The notes beneath the pieces were generated by a model. The model was not told where the DNA came from and searched no databases. It was given only the letters and a program-made list of their open reading frames with translations. 64,000 nucleotides of DNA from a virus (Duplodnaviria > Caudoviricetes). Location of the stretch: positions 12,654-76,653 of the IMG/VR virus record IMGVR_UViG_3300036805_000175, one strand, 5' to 3'. This document shows positions 1-9,025 of this stretch, one piece after another; position 1 is the first letter of the stretch; each line of letters begins with the position of its first letter. Both the position numbers and the translations under genes were made by a program.

Positions 1-2
1 CT

Positions 3-182
3 GACGGCGCACCGGCTGACCCGTTCGGCGGCCAGGGACTGGCCGAAGCCGCTGCGCAGATGGCCGAGATGTATACCGCGTTCTGCGCGGCCGGGATACC
101 ACCGCAGTCGGTGGCGGTGCTGCTCGGCACGTGGATGGCGACCGCCGGGAACGGCAACCAGCCCGGCGGTGACGGCACGTAG
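3..182 (+). CDS. Partial small phage protein (3' end)
   Basis: Frame 3 is open to TAG at 180-182 (..AQMAEMYTAFCAAGIPPQSVAVLLGTW..) with GC3-rich codons. Confidence 0.6.
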   Translation, partial: DGAPADPFGGQGLAEAAAQMAEMYTAFCAAGIPPQSVAVLLGTWMATAGNGNQPGGDGT

Positions 183-191
183 GCTCGGTAC

Positions 192-536
192 ATGCCTGAG
201 CTGGCCGCCATGGACGGGATGCCACCACCCGCAGACCTGCCGCGCGGCGATTGCGTCGTGACCACCCTGTACGGCGAGGACGGCTCAGAGACCGGCATCC
301 GCATCGACCAGGCCGACCCGCGCGTGCTGATCAGTGAGGCACTCCTGGCCACTGTCGCCGATGACCCGCCGCCGTACGCGCGGCTGGACAGGCAGTGCAC
401 GCTGCCGGCCATGGGGCGCTGGGGCATAACCATCGGCGACCTGCTGAAGATCCAGGGCGTCAACCGGACGGTGATCTACCGCCTCGCCGAGTACGTCCCG
501 CGCGTCCACGCCTACATCGGCGAATGGCCAGACTAG
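192..536 (+). CDS. Hypothetical protein
   Basis: GC3-biased ORF packed in a + strand gene run. Confidence 0.65.
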   Translation: MPELAAMDGMPPPADLPRGDCVVTTLYGEDGSETGIRIDQADPRVLISEALLATVADDPPPYARLDRQCTLPAMGRWGITIGDLLKIQGVNRTVIYRLAEYVPRVHAYIGEWPD

Positions 537-548
537 GGACGGTGCCGA

Positions 549-866
549 GTGACCACCCGCCCGCCACCGCTGTACGGCCGGGCGGGCAAGTGCGGCCTGA
601 ACATGGGTGCCACGGGCGAACCCGGCGAGCACGCCGCCAGTGCCTGCGACAAGCCCGTCCAGGTGATCGTCGAGTTCGGCTGTGTCCACGAGCACGTGTT
701 CCGTGAGGGCAAGTGCGCCAGCCACGGCTACCTGCTCGCCTCCGGTGACGCGCCGATGGTCTGCTCGGCCTGCTGGCAGGGCTGGGGCGGCGTCACACCG
801 CACACCTGCCGGCTGCTCGGCCGCGTCGTCGCTGACCTCGAAGCCACCCGGCAGTCCCGTGCCTGA
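549..866 (+). CDS. Cys-rich hypothetical protein (possible Zn-binding)
   Basis: GTG start after GGGACGG; several Cys/His pairs (CVHEH, CSAC, HTC). Confidence 0.6.
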   Translation: MTTRPPPLYGRAGKCGLNMGATGEPGEHAASACDKPVQVIVEFGCVHEHVFREGKCASHGYLLASGDAPMVCSACWQGWGGVTPHTCRLLGRVVADLEATRQSRA

Positions 867-1239
867 ACCGTACGGCTGGGACCACACCCTCGCCAGGCGT
901 GCCGCCGTCAAGGCCCTGCAGCCCGGCACACCGTGCCCCCGCTGCGGCTGGCCGATGCACCCCTCACTGCGGCAGGCCCGTGCCGCTGGCCTGCCCGCCC
1001 GGCTGTGGCGGCTCGACCTGGGCCACTGGCCCGGCCTCGCCTGCGGCGGCCCGCAGACCACCCGGCTCGAGCACACGTACTGCAACCGCAAGGCGGGGCA
1101 GCTCATCACCTCCACCCACCGCAGCAGCGCCAGCCCGCCACGCGGCCCGGCAGCGGGCAGCCAGGGAACCCGGCGTGGCCGCGGCAGCCCACCCCGGGCA
1201 CGGCCCGTGACACCTGGTGTGCGCCGTGCACGGTGGTGA
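859..1239 (+). CDS. HNH endonuclease, terminase-associated type
   Basis: GTG at 859 overlaps the upstream stop; CPRCG..LDLGH..LEHTYCNRKAG His-Me finger; lies just before terS. Confidence 0.75.
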   Translation: MPEPYGWDHTLARRAAVKALQPGTPCPRCGWPMHPSLRQARAAGLPARLWRLDLGHWPGLACGGPQTTRLEHTYCNRKAGQLITSTHRSSASPPRGPAAGSQGTRRGRGSPPRARPVTPGVRRARW

Positions 1240-1801
1240 CGGCACGGCACACCTCACGCTCAGTGCCACCGGCGCAGCGGTTACAGCCAGGCATCCCCAG
1301 CAGGGTAACGCAGTGCTATCACCGCAGGTCAGATGGCCAAGCGTGAGCGGTGATGTAGCGTAGGCAGCGCGCAGAGCATCGGATGGTAATCACTCACCGT
1401 CACATACCAGGGCGACCATCGCACCGGCTACCCACCGTAACCGACGAGGATGGTGCACTGTAGCGCTCTGACCTGCACGAACATAGCGCAGACCGTTAGC
1501 GGCGCTAAGCAATAATGCGGCATTTTTTTCCAGGGGCAGCACGAGTGCCCGCAGTTTTTTGGAGCGTTTCTCTCCCCGATGGCGAGCGTCCGGCCAGCGG
1601 TCACACACCGCTACGGCCACGTTTCCGCAGGTCAGAGCCCTGTATCCGGCCCTTCCGCACCCTCCCGCTAGCTACGCTGTGTAACGCCCGGGGATTGGTC
1701 ACCATCCGTGACCCCACGCCGTGGGTAACGGTGGGTGACATCCGGCCAGCCGGAGATAGTCACCGGGTGTCACTGCGGGCCGGAATCTCCTGACTGGGGG
1801 C
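1240..1801. promoter_or_regulatory. Non-coding packaging/cos and late-promoter region (putative)
   Basis: Lower-GC gap between HNH and terS; T-tracts at 1523-1529 and 1555-1560; repeated GCAGGTCAGA and GTNAC motifs. Confidence 0.5.
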
Positions 1802-2314
1802 ATGATGCCAGCGTCCGCGCGCACGCAGAAGCAGATCGCGGCCCGGCGGGCCCGTGTCGTGGCCCTGCGCGCCACCGGCATGAGCTGGGATGACATCGCC
1901 GCCGGGGTGGGGGTGCTCAATGCGGCAGTCGCACGCCGGGACGCCCAGGAGCACGCGGCTGCTGACGCCAGGACTGCGGCGGGCCCGCAGGCGGACCTGG
2001 CGGTTGAGCTTGAGCGGCTGGACATCGCCGAGCGTGCCGTCCAGCAGGTGCGGGAGGCCGCGTCGGCGCTGGCCTCGGCCAGCCCGGACGATGATGACGA
2101 GACCGGCGCGGCCGATGACGCGGACGCGATGGCGCTGACGCTGGTGCTGGGCGCGGTGGACCGGCTGATGCGGATCCACGACCGGCGGGCCCGCCTGCTG
2201 GCGCTCACCCCGGCGAAAGGTGCCCAGCCGGCGGGTGCGGGCAAGCCGAGCGCCATCGACGAGGTGGCCGCAGCGCGCAAGCGGCGGCGCACCCGGTACT
2301 CCGCGGCGCAATGA
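1802..2314 (+). CDS. terS: Terminase small subunit (HTH)
   Basis: N-terminal HTH (LRATGMSWDDIAAGVG); C-terminal SAIDEVAAARKRRR; ATGA overlap with terL. Confidence 0.75.
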   Translation: MMPASARTQKQIAARRARVVALRATGMSWDDIAAGVGVLNAAVARRDAQEHAAADARTAAGPQADLAVELERLDIAERAVQQVREAASALASASPDDDDETGAADDADAMALTLVLGAVDRLMRIHDRRARLLALTPAKGAQPAGAGKPSAIDEVAAARKRRRTRYSAAQ

Positions 2315-4002
2315 CGGTCACCACCCCGGCCCGGTCGCTGGTCACTGGGGAGCAGCGGCCCCGGCTGTTCTCCTGCCCGGCCTACGCCACGTCGGCGGGC
2401 GCGGACGTGATCGAGTTGGCCGGCAAGGCGGGCCTGTTCCTGGACGACTGGCAGCGGTGGTTCCTCACCCAGGCGCAGGGCGAGCGGGACCCGGACGGCA
2501 AGTGGGCCGCGTTCGCGGTGGCGCTGATCTGCTCGCGGCAGAACGGCAAGGACGTGATCCTGGAGGCGCGGCAGCTCGCCGGGCTGTTCGCGTTCGGTGA
2601 GACGCTGATCATCCACACCGCGCATGAGTTCCGCACCGCACAGGAGGCGTTCCTGCGGATCCTGCAGCTGATCGAGGGCTACCCGGACCTTGACCAGGAG
2701 GTCGCGAAGGCCCCGGCCAGCCACGGCGAAGAGGGCATCATCCTCAAGCCGACCCCGACGGTCATCACGGGCGCGGGCGGGCACCAGATCACCCGGTCGC
2801 GGACGGCGCGGCTGCGGTTCCTGGCCCGGCACAAGGGCGCCGGCCGCGGGTTCACCGGGGACCTGGTGATCTACAACGAGGCGATGTACCTGGACTCCGG
2901 CCCGGTGGCGGCGTCGCTGCCGACGATGGCGACGCGGATGAGCCAGACCGACGGCGGCCCGCAGGTGTGGTACACGGGCAGTGCCGGGGTGGGCGCGGCG
3001 AGCCAGCAGCTGGCGCGGGTGCGGGAACGCGGCATCGCCGGCGGCACGTCGCTGTGTTTCGCCGAGTGGTCCATCGAGCTGTGCGACGAGGCGTGCCCGC
3101 CGCGCTGCGGCGCGCACGACGACCCGGGCACCGAGCAGGCCGCGGCGAAGGCGAATCCCGGCTACAACCTGCCCGGCCGGTACGACCCGGAGATGGTCCA
3201 GCGGTTCCGTGACGAGATGGACGAGCCCACGTTCCTGCGGGAGATCCTGGGCGTGGGCACCTACCCGGTGCCCGCCGAGGGCTGGGCGGTCATCCCAAAG
3301 ACCTGGTGGGCTTCCACGATGGCGGGTGATGACCAGCGGGCCGCCCGGCCGGTGTTCGCGATCGACACCACGCCGGACCGGGCGTACACGTCGGTGGCGG
3401 CGTGCGGCACGCCCGGCGGCACGGATAAGCCGCGGATCGAGCTGTGTGACCACCGGGCCGGGCAGCGGTGGGCCGCCGCCTATGCCGCCAGCCTGGACGA
3501 GCGGCGCGGCCCCGGCGTGTGGATCGTGGACAAGGGTGCCGCCGCGGGGACGCTGATCGGCGCGCTGGAGGACGCCGGGCTGCGGGTGGAGTGCCCGACG
3601 GCGACCGATGTGGCGCACGCCTGCGGGCGGCTGTATGACGCGCTGCGCGACCGCGAGATCGACCACGCCTGCGACCGGGAGGTGCAGACCGGGCTGGCCG
3701 GGCTGGCGCAGCGGCGGCTCGGCGCCGGGTTCGCCTGGGACCAGCGCGCCGCCGTGGTGGACATCTCCGGCGTGTACGCGTACACGTTCGCGTTCTGGGG
3801 CTGGGAGAAGTTCGGCGGCCAGCCCGCGGACTATGACACCGGCGAGTCGGTCGGGTTCGGCCCGGCGCAGATCATCAGCCTGTTCACCTCCGGCACCTAC
3901 GGGGCCGAGCAGATGCGGCGGATGCGCGGCCGCGGCCTGATCACCGACGACATGCTGGCCGGGCTCGCCGCCGCGGGCGTGCACGTGCCGGCGGGCATCT
4001 GA
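2311..4002 (+). CDS. terL: Terminase large subunit
   Basis: Walker A SRQNGK; HTAHEF; GRGFTGDLVIYNEA; nuclease-domain AIDTTPDR and VVDIS. Confidence 0.95.
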   Translation: MTVTTPARSLVTGEQRPRLFSCPAYATSAGADVIELAGKAGLFLDDWQRWFLTQAQGERDPDGKWAAFAVALICSRQNGKDVILEARQLAGLFAFGETLIIHTAHEFRTAQEAFLRILQLIEGYPDLDQEVAKAPASHGEEGIILKPTPTVITGAGGHQITRSRTARLRFLARHKGAGRGFTGDLVIYNEAMYLDSGPVAASLPTMATRMSQTDGGPQVWYTGSAGVGAASQQLARVRERGIAGGTSLCFAEWSIELCDEACPPRCGAHDDPGTEQAAAKANPGYNLPGRYDPEMVQRFRDEMDEPTFLREILGVGTYPVPAEGWAVIPKTWWASTMAGDDQRAARPVFAIDTTPDRAYTSVAACGTPGGTDKPRIELCDHRAGQRWAAAYAASLDERRGPGVWIVDKGAAAGTLIGALEDAGLRVECPTATDVAHACGRLYDALRDREIDHACDREVQTGLAGLAQRRLGAGFAWDQRAAVVDISGVYAYTFAFWGWEKFGGQPADYDTGESVGFGPAQIISLFTSGTYGAEQMRRMRGRGLITDDMLAGLAAAGVHVPAGI

Positions 4003-4019
4003 GACGGGGAGGACCCGGC

Positions 4020-4331
4020 ATGACGACGACCACGCCCGCGCCGCCGGTCCTCAACGGGGCCGGCCCGCGGCTGTCCCGCCGCCGCAGGGCCGCACGCTGG
4101 GCACGGTGGGCCCGTGACCGCGGCATCCGGGCCGCCAACCGGGTGGCTGCGTGGCGGTGGGCACCCGCACTCCCGGGCGTGGCCGGGGTGGTGCTCACCT
4201 CGATGGCCGCCGGCGGTGTCGTGGGCGAGGCGGTGAACTGGCTGTTCGGCCTGTGGGCCGGGGTGGGCTTGCTGGGCCTGTTCCTGCTGCGCATCGACCA
4301 CCGCCTGCCACCGCCGCGCATGGAGCGGTAG
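4020..4331 (+). CDS. Small two-TM membrane protein before portal
   Basis: Two hydrophobic segments; usual position between terL and portal in HK97-like phages. Confidence 0.7.
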   Translation: MTTTTPAPPVLNGAGPRLSRRRRAARWARWARDRGIRAANRVAAWRWAPALPGVAGVVLTSMAAGGVVGEAVNWLFGLWAGVGLLGLFLLRIDHRLPPPRMER

Positions 4332-5645
4332 ATGGGCCTGGTCTCCGGGGCCGCCGCAGCGCCGGGCACCGCCCTGATGGTCCCCGGGACGGGGGTCACG
4401 CAGGCGCAGGCCCGCGAACTGTGGGGCATCTCCAACCCGATGGACCTGGTGCCGCGGCGGCAGGCCGCGGGCGCCCCGCTGCCGGTGGTGAACGAGGACA
4501 CGGCGCTGCGCAACAGCGCGGTGTGGGCGTGCCTGCGGATGCGCGCCGACCTGATCTCCACCTTCCCGGTCAACGTCTTCCGGATGGTGCGCCAGGGCGA
4601 CGGGTCCAGCGTGCCCGTGTCGGTCCCCACGCCGCGGGTGCTGGCCAGCCCTGACGGCCCGGGGTCGCTGTGGCCGCAGTGGTGCTTCGCGTCGCAGTGG
4701 GACCTGGACCGGACCGGCAACAGCATCGGCCTGATCACCGAGCGCGACGGCAACGGGCTGCCCACGGTGATCGAGCTGCAGTCCGCCACGTCGGTGTCGG
4801 TGCTGATGAACTACCGCAAGAAGATCGTGGGCTACCGGATCGCCGGGAACATCTACGACCCGGCCGACGTGTGGCACGAGAAGCAGTTCGTGGTCGGCGG
4901 CTTCCCGCTCGGCCTGTCCCCGGTCGCCTACGCCGCCTGGCAGGCGCTGTCCCGGGCGATGACCATCGACCAGTTCGCCATCGGCTGGTTCGCCGGCGGC
5001 GGCGTGCCGCGGGCGCGGCTGCGCAACCTGAACAAGCCCATCCCCGGCGCCGAGGCCGACGTCGTGAAGGAAGCCTGGCTGGCGAGCATCGCCACCGGGG
5101 AGCCGTTCGTGCACGGCACCGACTGGGAGTACGACCTGCTGCAGGCCAACGAGGCCGGCTCGTCGTGGCTGGACGCGCAGAAGGCCGGCGTGGTGGACGT
5201 GGCCCGGTACTTCGGCTGCCCGGCCGACCTGATCGACGCGGCCGTCACCGGCGCCGCCCGGATCACCTACGCCAACGTCGCGCAGCGGCACGTGCAGCTG
5301 CTGGTGCTCAACATCGGCCCGGCCGTGGTCCGCCGGGAGGCGGCCCTGTCCACGCTGGTGCAGGCACCGCGGTACGTGAAGCTGAACACCAAGGCGCTGA
5401 TGCGGCTCGACCCGCTGACCCAGGCGCAGATGCTGGACCTGCTGGTGCGCGGCAAGCAGCTCGCCCCGTCGGAGGCGCGCGAGTTCGACGACCGGCCGCC
5501 GTTCACCCAGGCGCAGATCGACGAGCTGGACCACTTCTTCCCGCCCACCGCGCCGCCGCTGGCCCCGGCCCCGGTGGACGGCGTGCCGCAGGCCCCCTAC
5601 AGCGAGCCGGTCACCGGGCCGGGCACCGCGCCGGGCGAACCCTAG
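4332..5645 (+). CDS. Portal protein, HK97 family
   Basis: VWACLRMRADLIS, GLSPVAYA, FAGGGVP, DVARYFGCP, TYANV motifs. Confidence 0.95.
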   Translation: MGLVSGAAAAPGTALMVPGTGVTQAQARELWGISNPMDLVPRRQAAGAPLPVVNEDTALRNSAVWACLRMRADLISTFPVNVFRMVRQGDGSSVPVSVPTPRVLASPDGPGSLWPQWCFASQWDLDRTGNSIGLITERDGNGLPTVIELQSATSVSVLMNYRKKIVGYRIAGNIYDPADVWHEKQFVVGGFPLGLSPVAYAAWQALSRAMTIDQFAIGWFAGGGVPRARLRNLNKPIPGAEADVVKEAWLASIATGEPFVHGTDWEYDLLQANEAGSSWLDAQKAGVVDVARYFGCPADLIDAAVTGAARITYANVAQRHVQLLVLNIGPAVVRREAALSTLVQAPRYVKLNTKALMRLDPLTQAQMLDLLVRGKQLAPSEAREFDDRPPFTQAQIDELDHFFPPTAPPLAPAPVDGVPQAPYSEPVTGPGTAPGEP

Positions 5646-5752
5646 AGCGGCCCGGCTCCCGGCTTTCACCACGTCCTCCGGGAGTTCTGGCCCTCCGGCC
5701 GGCCCGGGCCGCCTGAACGTCAACCCTATCCCCGGCACTTCGAGGGAGAACC

Positions 5753-7138
5753 ATGCACGGCTCCGACTGCGGCTGCGCCGACCGCGCCAACGGGCACAAC
5801 CCGGACAGCATCGACTACCGGGCGTCCGTGGACAACTCGGCGTGGGACGGCCCGGCGGCCATGTCGGGCTGCTCGAACTCCGGCACCCCGGCGTCGTGCT
5901 TCGGGTCCATCTGCGCCGGCAAGAAGGCTGGCGACACCGCCACCCAGGACGCGTGGGCGCTGCCGCACCACAAGCACCCCGGCGACCCGCCGAACGCCGC
6001 CGGGGTGCAGAACAGCCTGTCCCGGCTGCCGCAGACCCAGGGGCTGACCAACGCCGCCGCGGCCAAGGCGCACCTGCAGGCGCACATGAAGGCCATCAAC
6101 CCGGACTACGCCGGCGACGCCGCGGAACCGCCGCAGGCCGGGCCGCCCGCGCGTGCTGACGCCCGGGCGCGGGCACGGGCGGGCGTCCGGGAGTCGCGGC
6201 GGGACATCATGCCGAAGGTGGCCGCGGCCCGGGCCGCGTGGGCCAACGACGGCCAGCACCACGCCCGCCGGGAGGCACCCAACCCGGGCGGGCGCACCCA
6301 GGGGTTCGGCTCCAAACTGCGCGCCGTCGCGGCGATGAAGGACGGCGGCCAGTTCTACGAGCTCGAGGGCACCGCGTCCGTGGTGGACCAGCCGTACGAG
6401 ATGTATGACATGTTCGGCCCCTACGACGAGGTGATCACCAAGGGCAGCTTCGACGCCTCGCTGGCCACCGACGGCCTGGACGTGGCGTTCCTGCTCAACC
6501 ACAAGGGCGTCACGATGGCCCGCACCACCAACGGCACCCTGTCGCTGTGGGCCAGCCCCGATCTCGCCGTCCGGGCCTACGTCAACGCCGGCCGGGCCGA
6601 CGTCCGGGACATGGTGTCGGCCATCGCCGATGAGCTGATCACCGAGATGAGCTTCGCGTTCTGGCTGCGCGGCGGCGAGTGGTCCGACGACTACATGACG
6701 TTCACCATCGACGAGGCCGACATCAACCGGGGCGACGTGTCCGCGGTCAACTACGGCGCCAACCCGTACACGTCCATCGCCGCCCGCACCGCCGAGCTGC
6801 TCGACGCGGTGGACCGGATGCCCGCCGGGCTGGCCCGGGAGATGACCGAGCGGCTCGCCGCCCGGCCGGACCTCACCGACCCGCGGATCGGCTGGGAACC
6901 CCCACAGGCCCGCGGGGACACGCCGGAGCAGCTGCGCGACGCCCTGCACAGGCACGTCATCGGCTACCGGGTGGGCGGCAAGGTGCACGCCCCCACCGAC
7001 GTGGACCTGGTGACCGACTGGGCCGACGCCGGCGTGCCGGACGACGTGTTCCCGGTGCCCGGAGGCGAGGCGAAGACCGGGCTGAGCGTGCAGATGCTCG
7101 CGCTGCAGCTCGAGTCCGACGACGACCTCGACCACTAG
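5753..7138 (+). CDS. HK97-family prohead protease with long N-terminal extension
   Basis: LEGTASVVDQPY, YDEVITKGSF, FLLNHKG..MART, EMSFAF, DVSAVNYGANPYT. Confidence 0.9.
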   Translation: MHGSDCGCADRANGHNPDSIDYRASVDNSAWDGPAAMSGCSNSGTPASCFGSICAGKKAGDTATQDAWALPHHKHPGDPPNAAGVQNSLSRLPQTQGLTNAAAAKAHLQAHMKAINPDYAGDAAEPPQAGPPARADARARARAGVRESRRDIMPKVAAARAAWANDGQHHARREAPNPGGRTQGFGSKLRAVAAMKDGGQFYELEGTASVVDQPYEMYDMFGPYDEVITKGSFDASLATDGLDVAFLLNHKGVTMARTTNGTLSLWASPDLAVRAYVNAGRADVRDMVSAIADELITEMSFAFWLRGGEWSDDYMTFTIDEADINRGDVSAVNYGANPYTSIAARTAELLDAVDRMPAGLAREMTERLAARPDLTDPRIGWEPPQARGDTPEQLRDALHRHVIGYRVGGKVHAPTDVDLVTDWADAGVPDDVFPVPGGEAKTGLSVQMLALQLESDDDLDH

Positions 7139-7216
7139 CACCCCCCCCCCCGCAAGCCCACCCGCGCCCAGCGGGTGAACCGCCGCGCGATCCGCGTGGC
7201 GTGCAGTGCCGCCGCG

Positions 7217-7295
7217 CCGCCAGTCAGAGCGGCTGCGGCTCGTACCCGCCAGTCAGAGCGGGCAAGTCACCCGCCCGGGCCGCCAGTCAGAGCGG
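7217..7295 (+). repeat. Three 16-bp direct repeats CCGCCAGTCAGAGCGG, each a stem-loop
   Basis: Copies at 7217-7232, 7246-7261 and 7280-7295; CCGC/GCGG stem with CAGTCAGA loop. Confidence 0.9.
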
Positions 7296-7351
7296 CCCCG
7301 GTGCCAGACGGCACGAACCTCACCGTTCACAACGCCCAGGAAGGCACCGCA

Positions 7352-8869
7352 GTGAATCCCACCATCGACAGCCTGCTCGCGCAGGCCGAGGTCGAGAAGG
7401 AAGCCGCCGAGCACCGCCGTCAGCGGGCCCGCGCCGAGATCACCTACATCATCAACGCCGCCAACTCCGAGGGCCGCTCCCAGCTGAGCCCCGAAGAGGA
7501 GCAGAAGGCGTCCGACGCCCGCAAAGCCCGCGACCAGGCCCGCAAGGACATCGCCGGCATCGAGGGCAAGATCGCCAACCTGCGTGATCTGCAGGCCGAG
7601 GAGAGCGAGTACGCCTCGGCGCAGCAGCGCACCCAGGCCGCCGGGCAGCCCATCGCCACCGAGCGTGGCGGCGACCCGGGCCGGGCCGGCGGCGGCGACG
7701 CGCCGCACTCCACCGGCGGCCAGGGCGGCCAGCGGGCGCCCGCCTACGACCAGGTGCACCGGGTCGGCGCCGAGGCGCGCACCTACACCAGGGGCTCGGA
7801 CCCGAACGGGCGGCAGTTCCTGATGGACGTGTGCCGGGCGCACATCCTGTCCGACCCGGCCGCGCAGGCCCGGCTGTCCCGGCACATGGCCGAGGAGCGG
7901 GTCGAGCGGACCGCCGAGCAGATGCAGCGCGCGGCCGGCGACAGCACCACCGGCAACTGGGCCGGGCTGACCGTGCCGCAGTACCTGACCGACATGTACG
8001 CGCCGGTCGCCCGGGCGCTGCGCCCGTTCGCCGACATCTGCAACAAGCACCCGCTGCCCGCCAACGGCATGGCGCTGGACATCTCCCGGATCACCACCGG
8101 CACCGCGGTGACCCAGCAGGTGAACGAGCTCGACAACGCCTTCCAGCAGAGCGCGGACGACACGCTGCTGACCGTCCCCGTGCTCACCGCGGCCGGGCAG
8201 CAGAAGGTGTCCCGGCAGGCCATCGACCGGGGCACCGGCATCGAGGACGTGCTGATGCAGGACCTGTTCGCCGCGTACGCCACGTCGCTGGACAACCAGC
8301 TCATCACCACCGCGAGCACGGGCCTGTCGGCGGTGGCGAACACCGTCACGGCCAACACCACCACCAACCAGGTCCAGTCGGCCTACTCCAAGATCCTCGG
8401 TGCCATGTCCGGGGTGGAGGCGGCCCTGCTCAACATGGGCTACCCGACGCACGCGGTCATGCACTCCCGCCGGTGGTACTGGTTCGCCTCCCAGCAGGTG
8501 AGCACGTTCCCGTTCGTGCAGCAGCCGGGGATGCCGTTCAACGCGACCGGCGCCGCCGAGCCCGCCAGCCACTACAACAGCGGCGTCCGGGGGCACCTGC
8601 CGATCGGGCTCGAGGTCGTGGTGGACAACAACCTCGCCACCAACCTCGGCGCCGGCACCAACCAGGACGAGATCTACGTCGTCCCGGACCGGGAATGCCA
8701 TTTGTGGGAGGATCCCTCGGCCCCTCTTTATATTCGTGCCGATCAGCCGGCGGCCCCGAGCCTCGGAGTTCTTTTGGTCACGTACGGTTACTTTGCCTTT
8801 ACTTTTGCACGCTATTCCGGTGCAATCCAGAAAGTTTCTGGCACGGCATTGTCTGTACCTGTGTTTTAA
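7352..8869 (+). CDS. Major capsid protein (HK97 fold, coiled-coil delta domain)
   Basis: GTG at 7352 after AGGAAGG; coiled-coil N-terminus; AGLTVPQYLTD, QQKVSRQAIDRG, VMHSRRW, VVVDNN. Confidence 0.9.
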   Translation: MNPTIDSLLAQAEVEKEAAEHRRQRARAEITYIINAANSEGRSQLSPEEEQKASDARKARDQARKDIAGIEGKIANLRDLQAEESEYASAQQRTQAAGQPIATERGGDPGRAGGGDAPHSTGGQGGQRAPAYDQVHRVGAEARTYTRGSDPNGRQFLMDVCRAHILSDPAAQARLSRHMAEERVERTAEQMQRAAGDSTTGNWAGLTVPQYLTDMYAPVARALRPFADICNKHPLPANGMALDISRITTGTAVTQQVNELDNAFQQSADDTLLTVPVLTAAGQQKVSRQAIDRGTGIEDVLMQDLFAAYATSLDNQLITTASTGLSAVANTVTANTTTNQVQSAYSKILGAMSGVEAALLNMGYPTHAVMHSRRWYWFASQQVSTFPFVQQPGMPFNATGAAEPASHYNSGVRGHLPIGLEVVVDNNLATNLGAGTNQDEIYVVPDRECHLWEDPSAPLYIRADQPAAPSLGVLLVTYGYFAFTFARYSGAIQKVSGTALSVPVF

Positions 8870-8931
8870 TCCTTAACCACTCCGTCATTCTAGAGTGGCT
8901 ATTCTTCGCGCAATTCTTAGTCGCTTTCCCG

Positions 8932-8992
8932 TGGTACAATTAGCGGAGCCAGCGAACGGCTCCCGGCCGGGATGTGCCCCGGCCCGGGAGCC
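8932..8992 (+). promoter_or_regulatory. Extended -10 promoter (TGgTACAAT) and leader hairpin of the endonuclease gene
   Basis: TACAAT at 8935-8940 preceded by TG; GGCTCCCGG (8958-66) pairs with CCGGGAGCC (8984-92). Confidence 0.55.
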
Positions 8993-9025
8993 TGCCGACC
9001 ACCCGATCGAGACTCGGAGGCCGAC

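Noticed and set aside
7217-7295. 16-bp repeats as a mini-CRISPR array
   Set aside because: Only three copies, spacers of 13 and 18 nt are too short, and there are no cas genes; better explained as RNA hairpins.
285-8701. Long minus-strand ORFs opposite the head genes (285-1250, 1699-3984, 3897-5738, 5726-7141, 7253-8701) and similar shadows elsewhere
   Set aside because: These are antisense shadows of GC3-rich real genes; their translations are Arg/Gly/Pro-rich and carry no motifs.
8693-8869. Diversity-generating retroelement variable region in the capsid gene
   Set aside because: No reverse transcriptase or template repeat in the window, and the changes look synonymous and T-biased rather than adenine-specific.
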